NCBI GenBank assembly: GCA_964565425.1
Contig: CAZMEZ010000002.1
Location: 13,953 to 77,952, forward strand
Direction: 5' to 3'
DNA length: 64,000 bases
From: an uncultured Planctomycetia bacterium
GTDB lineage: Bacteria > Omnitrophota > Gorgyraeia > Tantalellales > Tantalellaceae
Shown here: positions 33,158 through 45,300 of the stretch, in pieces
How positions within the stretch are numbered: the first letter of the stretch is position 1
Layout of the letters: each line of letters starts with the position of its first letter
Notes under the pieces: model-generated
What the model was told of the DNA's origin: nothing
Database searches by the model: none
Seen by the model: only the letters and a program-made list of their open reading frames with translations
Made by a program: the position numbers and the translations under genes

Positions 33158-33230
33158 AGCCCCCCGTAAGGCCGGGTGGTGAGAAGGCGGGGGTAGCTGT
33201 GTTAAATATTAAAAAGTAAGTTTTGATGAA

Positions 33231-33259
33231 TTGACGAGGATGGTCACAAATAGTATAAT
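33231..33259 (+). promoter_or_regulatory. Sigma70-type promoter for ORF2
   Basis: TTGACG-17 nt-TATAAT, with an AT-rich tract upstream. Confidence 0.8.
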
Positions 33260-33323
33260 ATATCAACAGCGACAAGTAAGACCATAAAAAAGCCAGAATA
33301 AGCTATTATCCGGGGGGATAAGG

Positions 33324-36300
33324 ATGCTGAGAGGCAGCAAACTTTTTAAGATAATATCCATAATAGTACTTGTCATTTTCGTCCATGAACAGGTCGGCTG
33401 GACTCAGGACGGACGGCCTGTATGGACTGCTTTTCGTGCTTCAAGTGAAATAACCCCCAGAGATCTGCCGCGAGGCATAAATATCCCTCATGATATCGGC
33501 GACGTCAGCGAAACCGTGATGAACGGTTCAGGCGAAGTCGTGATAAATATCCAGGACGCGCACGCGTCCTTATCTTCCCAGTATTCCATAGTTAACATCC
33601 TCGACAACCTCGTATCCAATTATGACGTTAGGCTCATAGCTCTCGAGGGAGCCGAAGGGGTAGTCGACACTTCGCTCCTCAGGACCTTCCCCGATAAAAG
33701 GGTAAGGAAAGAGACGGCGGAGTTCCTTATGAAAGAGGGCAGGATGAGCGCCGGCGAGTTCTTTGACGCGACGCGCGACGAGAACGATGTGGTCCTCTGC
33801 GGCGTGGAAGATGACGCGCTATATAACAGGAACGTCGAGAGCTTCCGCGGGATAATGGACCGGAGGGCGGCGTATTCCGAAGAGGTCGATAAACTCCTGG
33901 CGCAACTTGACGCCTTGTCCGCGAAGGTTTTTTCTCCCGGACTCAAGACCCTGGAAGAGAAGTCCAGGCTGCACAGGGAAGGCCGAATGAGTTTTTCGGA
34001 TTACTGGGAGAACGTGCGCCCGGTCGCCGAGAAAGAAGGTGTTTCCTTCGAAGGCCTCGCGAATACCGGTAAGTTGCTTCGCGCCATAGCGCTGGAAAAG
34101 GACATAAACTTCGCGCGCGCGAACCTCGAAAGAAAACAGCTTATCGACGCTCTCAGCGAGGATATGGACCGCACGGATATAGAGGACCTGGTCCTCAAGT
34201 CGCTCCTTTTCAAGGAGAACAGGATATCACAGGCCGATTATCACGCCCATTTGAGCCGGCTTGCCGCCTCTTACGGCGTCGGCATGGAAGGCTACGGGAA
34301 CCTGATGGCCTTCACGGAATACGTCACATTGTACGAAAGCATAGACATAATGGCTCTTTTCAGTGAGTTCTCCGCTCTGGAAGAGAGGATCCGCGAGGCG
34401 CTTTACCGTAACGGTGACGAGCGTGAACTTCACGGCTGGATAAGGCTCGTCCGGATGGTCGGGAACCTTTATAACGTGGAACTCTCGAACGACGACTGCG
34501 CGTACATAATGAGCCGCAGGAAAGATTGCGACGGCGCCGGGTGCGCCGGTTTCATAAAAAGGGCATGCCTTAAATACGGCGTTCCCATAGAAGGGGGGTA
34601 TGACGCCGGGCATGTATTCTCCGGCGTGGATGAGGCCCTGGGATTCTACGAGGTCGCCGAATCCAGGAATAACGCTCTCCTCGCGAACACGCTGAAGCGC
34701 ATGAAGGCGGAAGGAAAACACGTGGCCGCGCTAATAACGGGCGGGTACCACACGCGGGGCCTCACCGAGCTCATGCGCAAGAACAAGCTTTCTTACCTCG
34801 TTGTCGTTCCCAGGTTCGAAAAGGACAAAGAAAGGCCGTATATCGCCATACTCACCAACAAGAAAAAACCTTACCAGGAACTTCTTGAATCCGGTAAATA
34901 CCAGCTGGCCGTGAGGGCATATTTCGACGGTATGGACGAGGATAAATTCATCGAAACGGCCATATACGCGCTTTCGAACGTGGTCACGGGCGGCGGCGAC
35001 TGGCGTTACGAAGCGGAAAGATGGTTCCGCGAGTATTCGCGCGAATACGAACGAAGGAAAGGCATTTCGGAAAAAAGGATAGAAGGAAGTCTCTCACCGG
35101 GCGAATTCGCCAGGATACTCGGAGTGGGAGACTACGCGGGTCAAGGGCAGCTAAGGATCGAAACCTGGGAAAACACCGTTGTGGTGGCCAGGATCAAGGA
35201 TGACCAGGTCTCTTATTTCCGTTTGGACCGTGGCGAAGGCGGCGTACTGGAATCCCCCCGGGTACTGTCGCCTAGCCAGGGTCGCAAGATCCTCGCTGCC
35301 CTTGACCGTGCTAAAGCGGAGATAGAAGAGGAGCGGACGGCAGGGCGCGCCGTTGACCTCGAAAAAAAGATGGAAGGCCTGGCAAGGGCGATCAGGGAAG
35401 CGTCGGAAAAGAAAGACGTCACGCTTGCCGAAAAGCTCATGGAAGATAACGGCCTCCTCTACAGGGTCGTGGACAGGTTCGTTCACGCGGACGAGGTGAA
35501 GCCGGAAGATGTGGTCAAAAAACTGAAGGCCGACCCCGGCGTGTCGCTCGCGAAAAACTGGCGCGCCGACGAAGAGAACAGGCAGGCCGTGGCCGTGTTC
35601 GTGAACAGGGTCATCGCGGCCAGAGAAGGCGTCCGGGCGATAATCGACAAACTCACGTCGGACAGGGATTTAGCCGAAACCATAGCATTGTATTTTGTGG
35701 CGCTGAAGAAGGAGATAACCCCGGAAGGCGTCGCGACAGCCTTGCAATACAAGTTAAATGACCACCTGATGCGTGAGAGAGAAAGAATACCGTCGCTGGA
35801 GGATGCCATCGCAAGGTTCACGGAAACCGTTAAGAAGGTTTACGGGCCCGTAGAAGAAGCCAGGGACCGGTTCAGCCGCTGGCGGATCGCCGACAAGGGC
35901 AGGTATTCCGGCACGGTCTCCAACCTGGAGCTTGCGCTGGGCGATATCGCTTGTGCCGGAGGAAAGGATCTCGAGGAGTATGTTGAAAGGTTCAACGGAA
36001 CGGAGGAAAGACCCGTTCGCGCCCTGGAACTTGGTTCGGGACTCTTCTGCCCGATCTCCGGTTATCTTACAGGGAGCATCGAACAGGACATGTTCGTAAA
36101 ACATGAAGGCGGGTTCAGGAACATGGAGGTCGCGGCTCTCGATCCGCGGCAGGATACGGACGAGGAGCTGGGATTGTACCGCGGCAACGCCCTCAAGATG
36201 GATATGTTCGCCGACGGGGAATTCGACTATATATTCGCGTTCCAGGTCTTTAATGTCGAATGTTTTACGCAGTATTTTCCCGTGAACGTGAAGTTCTGGG

Positions 36301-39300
36301 AAGAGAATTTTCCGAAGGAGATGCTGAGCGAGGGGAAGTATTACAGGAAGATAGCGAAAGAACTATTCAGGGTCATGAAGCCCGGCGGCGAGATATACAT
36401 GAACGTGGGGCTGGCGGAACCCAACCTCCTTCTCAACCGTGTCCTGAGGGAAGAGGGTTTCGAGTGCGAATACTCTGACAATAGAGGGACGAACTGGGTC
36501 TTCACGAAACCGTCCGGTAAGGAGACGCCGCTCGAAAGGCGCAGGGAGCTGACGAGGAGGGCGATAACACGCGTGGCGGGGTTTCTGGGGCGGAAGATAG
36601 CCGTTCTGGAAAAATATTTCGCGGAACTGCCGAGAGAAGGAGATCTCGATGAAGAACAAGCCGAAGCGGCGGAGATGCTGCTTGATGCGTGCTGGGATAT
36701 CGTTAAGGGTGTAAGGCAAGATGATCTGTACGTTCCTTATTCCCCGGGACTGCAGCGTCTTCTCGGATGGGGGTCCCCCGGACACATATACGATATACCC
36801 GGGAACATGATATCCCTTACGGCTTATCTCCAGAACATAGTTCATGGCAAAACCGGGGAGATAGCTCCTAATGTTTACGCAGCCATGGCCGGGGAGATAT
36901 CAAATTTGAAATATGCGTTGAACGCTTTGAAGGGGACCCGTTCGGAAGATATTTATTTCTTCAAGCCCGCAGGTTATGACAAGGAATTCGTTAACATCAG
37001 GAACTGGGAAAAATCCCCGCCGCTCCATTCGAAAGAATGGGTGGCGTATCTTTTCGCGACCGGGCGGGAGGACTTGCTCAAGCGGGTCGAATTCAACGAG
37101 GAAGCCAAGAAAGCGTTCGACAAGTATGTGCTTTCGGCTAACGTTTTCAGCGACATGGTCCGCTCCGGCGGACTTGAGCCCGCCGAGGGCGAAGAAGAGA
37201 TGTTCGAGAGGGTGAAGGGATTCCTGGCGGAGACGGACCCGCGAAGGATTGAAGAGACGGGTAACTTCGCGAGGGTCAGGATAGCCCGGCGTCTTTCGGA
37301 GGAACGGGGAACGGGTATAATGCCTTTCGCCGGACCCTCATGGAAAAAAACGCCGCTTTACGCGGCCGCCGCCGGCGCGGTCCTCTCACTTGTTTCCGTT
37401 CTCGCGTTCGACGCCAACGTAGCGGGGGCGATAGCGGCGGGTTTCGCCGCGCTCACGGGTCTTTACGCCCTGGGTTTCTGGATATGGAAGGACCTCATAC
37501 TCGGCCGGGTGAAAAGCGGTAAACTTCAGTCGGCCTTCTACGGGCGCGGCGGGAACGAGACCATTTACGCTCCAGATAAGGTCGTCCGGGAGAGAGTAGC
37601 CGTCCTTTTCAACGAGCTTTCCAGGTCGCTCGCGGGAGGACGCGCGAGCAAAGGGTCACGCGCCCTTGCCGGCACGCGGATCGACGTCGAAAAAGGCCCG
37701 GCCGAGGCCGTCCTGGTGGACGAAAATTCCCCTAAAGAGGTCAAAGAAGCGATCGGGGACGATTACGCGGCTTTCGACAAGGGCAAGAACACGCTTTATG
37801 TCCTGGGGACGCTCGCGCGCGCTCCGGACTGGGTGCTCGCGACAGTACTCGCCCACGAAGCCGCGCATCATTTCACTAAGAGCGAGTTACGGGCAAACCT
37901 CTTTACCGCCCTTAATTTCAGGAAGGCCGTAAGGACCGCGCGCGGCCTGAGCTATACCCCGGAAGATTACCGGATGTACTCCTTATCAAGGGTCCCGGAC
38001 GTCAAGGCGGACGCCCTCCGGAAGAGCCGGCTCGCTGTCCTCCTGGCGGAAAGGATGAAGAAAGAGGGATATCCCGTAACGGATGACGATATAGCGCTTG
38101 TCGGCCGGGTTTTCCTGGTCCATGCCGTGGGCGGAGAGCGATATCCCGGGATAACACTGAAGATACTTGGGGACGCGAATGCCGATATCACGGACGAAGC
38201 AAAACAACTTGTAAGGTTCCGTCATTCCTATGCCGCTTTTACCGATCATCTTGCGCGTGCCGGCGAGGAAGAAATTTCCGTGGATGTCCTGGGTCGCGTT
38301 AATGAGCTTTTGCCCATGATCAGGCTGGTGGACGTTTTTGATGACGGGCAGAACAAATTAAAACGCGAAAAGCCCGGCAAGCAGCCGGAAAATTTCATCG
38401 AGGCGCTGAACTCGCTGGAGGAGACCTTTGCCGAAGAGGGGATAACCGCCAGGGGCGCCCTGAACGTTTTCAGGAATATGATGGGCGAAGAGGACCGGCG
38501 CATCCTGAACATAGCCGCGGAAGCCCGGAGGTCCAACGATATCCTTGTCTCGGACCACGTGCTCATGGATACCATGACGGGAGGAGAGAGGCTGCTCAAG
38601 ATGCGGGGAGGGCTCGATAGGGACCGGGGCGAGGGTGAATATGCCGTCATGACCTTCAGGATGGGGCTCCCGGAAGACCTGCGCAGGCAGATCAAACATT
38701 ATCTCGAGAACAACGGGTTTGACGTGGTGAGCGCCGGCATGACGAGCCGTCATATAGGAATGGACGAGGTGCTCAGGCGGTGGGGAACTGCCGGAGAGAT
38801 CAGAGAGACGCTCGACCGGATCGAAGCGGACGGAGTAAATATTCTCGAGGGTATGATAAACCTTGTCGCGGGGGATGGGGCGGGATTCGAAAAATGGGTC
38901 CGCAAGATCGAACAGGAACATCCCGAGACCGGATCCGTAAAGATGCTCAGGTTCTACATGAACGCGTTTGACCGCGGCATAGAAACGGTAATAATAAGGG
39001 CCCGCGTTCCGAGGGAAAGGCTTATCGAGGAATTCAACGCCCCCGCGAAGGCCGCCGGCATGAAGTTCCAGGATTTCTTCAGGCAGTTCGTCGCAGGGCA
39101 TGAAGACGCTTTTAAGGCCAAAGCGGGGACCCTGAGGGCGGAATTCATGGAACCGGAGCTTCGCCCGAGCGGCAAGCTGGCCGGCATATACAGGATGGGG
39201 GAAAAGCTTATCCCGCGCGAAAAGACAGGCCTTGCCAACGGTATAGACTGCCCGGCGTACTCCGAACTTCCCGGGAACCTTAAAGAGTATATTGAAGTCC

Positions 39301-42300
39301 CTTTCAGGGCCCCGATCATTTCGTCGGTTCTTGCCAACGGTATCAGCGGCGGCCTTCTTTTGGCGGCATACGTGTTCTTCAAGGGGCCGGTGTTGAAAGG
39401 GATATCCTTCATATCTAAGGCATTCTTTGCCGCGGTCATCATAACACTTTTCGCGGTATATTCACCGTCGAGGCTCCGGGCCCAGGAGACGACAGCGGAT
39501 AAAGGCAAGGACAGGACATCCGCTACGGATAAAGGCGACAAGCCCGGCAAAAAAGAGACCGATGGCGGAGAAGGCGACGGGAAAAAGACCGATGAGAAGA
39601 TCAAAAAAGCCGCGGCCGAGGAACTGCCGCTCAGGGACAGGAAAAAGCAAAGAGAGGTCCCGGCCGGAACACTGGTAAAAGCCGGTGATCTTATAGACGT
39701 TATCCTGGACTTTACCGACGCGGAGAGGGCTCCGGAATACCGCGGGAACGTCAAGTTTCTCCTGCTCATGACGATGATGGTCGAGAGCGACCAGTTCGCG
39801 GCGCGCCGGCAGTACAACGGGGGCCCCGCGCGGGGCCTGGCCCAGTTCGAACCGCCGACGGCGGCGGACGTCCGCGATTATATCAAGAGAAAGTCCGCGA
39901 ACAAGAAGTTCATTGAGGCCGTAAAAGGGGTTTTGGAGATCGGCTGGGAAGACAATATCGCGGCGATGTCCGGTGGAGATATCCTGGCAGCGATAAATGA
40001 AAGGATGACGGGCTTGGATGAGAGGATAAAAGCGGCCCAAAAGGAGAACGACGGGAAGAAGGCCGTCGGGATATCAAGGGAAAAAATAGACCTGGAAAAA
40101 GCCGTTGAGGGCGCGCTCGGCAGGGACTGGCAGGAAGAGCTTGCCGCTCTGGCGGGTGAAACAGCGCTGGAGAGGATACGCGCCCGGCTGGCGCAGCTGG
40201 AGAGGGAGATCGAAGCCGCCAAAGAAAAGGACGACAGAAAGACCGCGTCCGAGAAGGCGGAAGAAAAAACGGTTCTTGAAAGGGAAATGGAAAGGATCTT
40301 CCGGATAAGCTGGGAGGACAATCTTCTGGCGATGTCCCTGGAGGATATACGGAAAAAGATAGACGCGAGGGTCGCCGCTCTCACCGAAGAGATAACCGCC
40401 GCCGAGAAAGCGGGCGACAGGAAAAAGGCGGGAGAGAAGAAAAAGGAAAGAGCGGCCCTGCAAAGCATACCCGCCACAAGAGGGTTCAAGACCTTTATCA
40501 GAAATTACAGGTTCAGGATAATGATGGTGAAAACGCTCGGTGCCGACTGGAGCGCCGTATGCACTATGAGCGGCGACGAACTCGGCCGGCGCCTTGTCGC
40601 GAGCGACTTCTTTACGGCCCTCATGAGCCGGATCAATTACGCGAGGAGGCCCCAGCTCGTTCCTTCAAGAAAGGACCGGAAGGCCGTCTGGCGGTATTAC
40701 CTGGACACGTGGAGGCCGGGTAAGCCGGTTTCGCTTGAAAAGTTCCTGCAGCTTGCCGCGATCGTAGATAAAAGCGGCGTAATAGCGGGGAAAAAGGAAG
40801 AAGCCAAACCCGCCGCCGGAGTGCCCGGGGAAAAGAAAGAAGCCGGAAAAGAAGCCGTTACGGAAGCCGGACACGTTCCCGGGAAGAAGCCGGCGGCCGA
40901 GGAGATAAAGATAGCCGAACCGACTGCGCCTGTCGCTCCTCCGGAAGAAGCCCTGGAGGCGGCAGAAAAGCCGGCAAAAGAAGTCCCGGTGCCGGAGGTG
41001 GGAGCGAACATATTCATCCGCCTGTTGGCCGTTTTCGGAGGCGTTTTGGCTGTGATCGCCGGATTTTTCCTTGGAAGGTGGGCCGGCAGGCCGCCCCTCG
41101 CCAAACTCAAGAGATTCGCAAAACGGGCGAAACCCCGAAAAGTGCTGGAGATAGATCTCGGTAAGGACCTCCTGCAGGATAAGGAAATGATGAAGGTGCT
41201 GGCCCGTTCCGGCCACGAGATATCTATCGGCAGGATACCGAACACTTACCGGTATATCTTCCAGAAATGGGAAGAAGACGTCGCCTCCGGTGTTTTTGTG
41301 AAGTCCCTGGGACGGGAATATCCCGATTACAGGTTCGAGGGTCATACCCATTCGCCGGCCAGGACCCAGCTGGAATGGAACAGGATAAATATCCCCAGCT
41401 ACACGGATCTCATGTTCGGGATCTCCGGCCAATGGAGTTACATAATATCCGAAAAGGGCCTGACCTGGTTCAGGGCCGACAGGGGCCTTCTCGAAGTGTT
41501 CCGTGAACAATACGACGCTTTTATCCGGAAAGTTGAAACCGGGGATATGACGCCCGGGGAGGTCGTGACCGCGATGCGCGAGCGGTTCGAGGTGGACGTG
41601 GAGTTCGAGGAAATGGACCTTTCCTCCGGAGTAGCCCGCGGCCCCGCCGCGGCTATGCCTCTGAAAGAACTTATCGCGCCGGATGTGCCGTTCGATGATT
41701 ATGCCGTCAAGCTCGCTCCGGTCGCGGAGGAGATCCTTTTCTTCGCCGTGCCCATGGCCCTGGCGTATCTCGCCCTCGGGATCACCAGCATCTGGACGCT
41801 CGCGTTCATGGCCGCCATGCGCGGCGCGTTCTTCATGCTGCACCCCGAAAAGCGCGACATCATGACGATGAGCGTGACGGATATGGTATCGCTCATCGAT
41901 CCTTCGTACGGCGAACTCAGGAAACACGTTTATGCCGACTGGAAGTTCGTCCGGGCCCTGGCGAAGGGCATGGGGATAAGGGAGGACAGCGAGGAGATGA
42001 AGATGCTTCGCGTGATATCGATGGTCCACGATATGGGAGGCGTTCTGGGGCTCAAGCACGATGAGGATATCGAAAAAGAACTTATCGTGAAAGCGGCGCT
42101 CCACGGTATCGATCACCGGGGAATGGACCCGAACGACGTGGAAGCGGAACTTCTGAGAAAAGGCGTGAAACTCACAAAAGAGGAAAAACGGTTCCTCCCC
42201 AATATTGATCATCCCGCCAATTCATTAAGGATGCTCGATAAGATGGGGATCGCCGTACCGCCTATCGTAAGAGGAATAGTATTAAGACACATGGATGCCC

Positions 42301-45300
42301 CGTCGGAGGAAGAGCTCAGGACCTGGACGGAACAGGAAAGGCGTCTCTTTGCGTGTTTCGTGATAGCCGATGTCTTCGAAACGGGTAACAATTACTACAA
42401 ACAGGCGGGAGGATACTATAAGCACGAAGGCAAATTCGAGTCTATCGAAGATACGTTGGCTTTCATAAAAAGCAAGCGGTTCGATAACAGGCCGTCGATA
42501 AGCCGGTATATCGAAGCGGCGGAGAACGTGCTTTCTTCGGAAGCCATGGCGGAAGCGATACGCTTCAGCCGGACGCCGCTAAGCGGAACGGAATTCGCGA
42601 AAAAGATCATGCCGCGAGGCCCGCCCGCGAGCCGGATAGTGCCTTTCAGCGTAGCCGCGATGGGGGCAGTCATACCGGCTATCCCGGTCATGTTCCCCGC
42701 GATCGCCGCCGCGCCCGGGCTGTTCATACTGGCGGGTTCGATCTGCGTGGTGATGTTCCATTCCTTCGGCAACATCATCGCCGTCATAAAAGGCGTCATG
42801 CCGGCGGCGATAAAAAAGAAAAAGAGATCCGAAGACCTTGAGTGGATAGACCTATACGCTGCCAAATTACAGGCCGAGGGATCTCCCGGTTTCGTTCATG
42901 GGGCGGTCAACAGCGAAGAGGATATAAGGACGATAACGACTATAAGCGGAACGCCGGTCGATGAAGTCAACCGCCGAGCGCAGCCCGGGAATTACTCTAT
43001 GAGCGGGTTCGCGGAGGATTTTATCGAACAACTGGTATCCGACAACGGGCTCGTCCGCGGTTTGGGCACTAACCATAAGAAATTGGCGGATCTGTTGAAA
43101 AGAGCCGCAGGAAAAATAAAAGACGGCGGTGAAGCGACCTTCAAGCATAAAGGCATGCGGTTCGGGATCAGACGGATACCAACAAAGGGAAGCCAGAATT
43201 CCATTTTTGCAGATTATGGTTGGAGCTGCAGTTATCGTCTTAGAAACTTGGACCAGGGGACCAGTATACTGTTCGCCCCTAATTCCGTCGCCGAAATAGA
43301 ACGACTGGGTTTTTACGAGGCCGGGACGATAAACGGCAAGGAGAACAAGTATGCCGTTGATCCCGAGCTTCTCTGGAGGATGTTCAACGATGTCGGCTAT
43401 CGAGTTTCGGAAAAAACGGAGGAAGAAGCGCTGCGGGACCAGGCGGAAGCCATAAAAGAAAAGGAGGGATGGGATTCCATAGAGGTCTACGAAGTTGACG
43501 AACTCAGGGCCGAATACCCGTATATAGTAAGGGAAGCGCCAGCCGTGTCCCGCGGGAAAGTTCCCTTCTATGCCGAGATGGAAGAAGGTTATTACGGAGA
43601 GCCGCCCGTACGTTTCGCGTATGAGGTCAGAAAGAAAGGGCCCTGGACGGCCGTAGTAAGGGTGGAGATATATGAAAGGGACGCGGTCGAAGAAGATACG
43701 GGAATGCGGGCGAGTTTCTACAGGCACAGCCTGCATCTTTTTAGGGGCAGAGAAGATCTGTTTTTGGACGAGTCGTATTCCCTGGACAGTCTCGGGGAGA
43801 AATACGGGACCAATATAGCCGAGATCCTGCAAAAGTCGGGTTTTCCCTTCCGAATCGATATCGGTCCCGGAGAAAAATGGTTCTACGACGAGATGATGAA
43901 AAAGGATGTCGGAACGTTGATGCGTCTCGGTGTCCTGTGTTCGCTTCGGTCGGGCCTTTATACGGATACGCTTCGGGACAGTATGAAGATAAAGCTGACC
44001 AGGGATATGTCGGACTCGAGAGGCTTATTGTTCCGGTATTATATCGTCCCCGTTGAAAATGACGGGACCATGGAATTCGTGGCTTTGGAGCGGCAGAGAG
44101 ACCTGATCTTTCGGGCTCTGTCTGAAAAGACGGGTGGAATGCCGACAGCCCCAGGCACAATATTTCTCTTAAAGGAACTTATCGCTCAGCGCATGTCCTT
44201 CGCCGAATATGCCGCCAAAGTCGCCCCGTGGGTGGAAGAAGCGGTCTTCCTGGCCCTGCCGATGATCATATCGCATTTCGCGTTCGGCCTGGCAAGTTTC
44301 TGGACGGTAGTATTCATGGCCTTATCGCGCGCCGTATTTTTCTTCCTGCACGAAGGCGCGAGGCCCCATGCGCCACCGGCGCTTTGGGAGACGCCTTTAA
44401 AAGTGGCGATAACGGGTTTTCTCGTATCTTTGATGCCCGTGGCCATATTCTCGGCATTAACTTCATCCTTTAACCTTTATCCTTTAACCTTTATCCTGGC
44501 GGCCACATTCCTCTCCGGCCTGATACACCTCCGCGAGAACATCGCCGCGCTCAAGAAAGGCGTCATGCCGGCGGCGATACCGGCGGGCGAAGAAGCGCCT
44601 GACCCCTGGCGGGATCTGACCCCGGACGCGCGCGAGATGTTTACCAATATCGCAAGCAAGGAGTTCTTCCTTAAAGACGCCGAAAGAGGGGAGCTGACGG
44701 CGGAGAGATACCAGCGGGATCACGATGAGGAAGACCCCGAAAGGATACTGGCGCTCTTCGAAGAGCTCGCCGGTAAAGGATATTTCGGTATCACGAAGAG
44801 CGACGACGGCAAGACCAGGTACGGTCTGTCGGAAAAGGGCGGCTCCATGGTCCCGTTGGCCGTCGAAGACATGATAAAGGTATGGATCACGGGTATGAAG
44901 GAGAACGACCTGGCCTGGAGACGCGATCACATAAGGGACCCGGGTTTCGGTTCCATGTTCAGGACGGCGCCGGCATACAAACAGCCCGATCCCGGGAGAA
45001 TGACCCTGTTCGGAAAATACTCCGATGAGGTGCTCGACGTGATCATGGAGCAGGTCAAGGAAGAGGTTAAGCTGTACGAGACGGGCAGGGGGAATGACAC
45101 GGCGTTAAGCGCTCCGCTCGGCGTCATGGAGGGTCTTCTCGAAAAGTGCGGCGATATGCGCCGGACCGATCTGGTCGAGAAGATCGTGGAATACCTGATG
45201 ATGGCGCCTTACTCCGAGAACGGGAGGGTCAGGGCGGCTTTCCAGACGTTCTACATGCATATAGTGGCGATAGATCCCGAACGGGCAAGGACTTTTCTTT

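Noticed and set aside
33059-33198. GC-rich structured region as a tRNA, SRP RNA or known riboswitch
   Set aside because: I could not identify a cloverleaf, T-loop or known aptamer consensus by eye. It is kept only as an unassigned structure.
39740-40765. Phage-endolysin-like domain as evidence of a prophage
   Set aside because: It is an in-frame domain of ORF2, and there are no phage structural, integrase or replication genes in the window.
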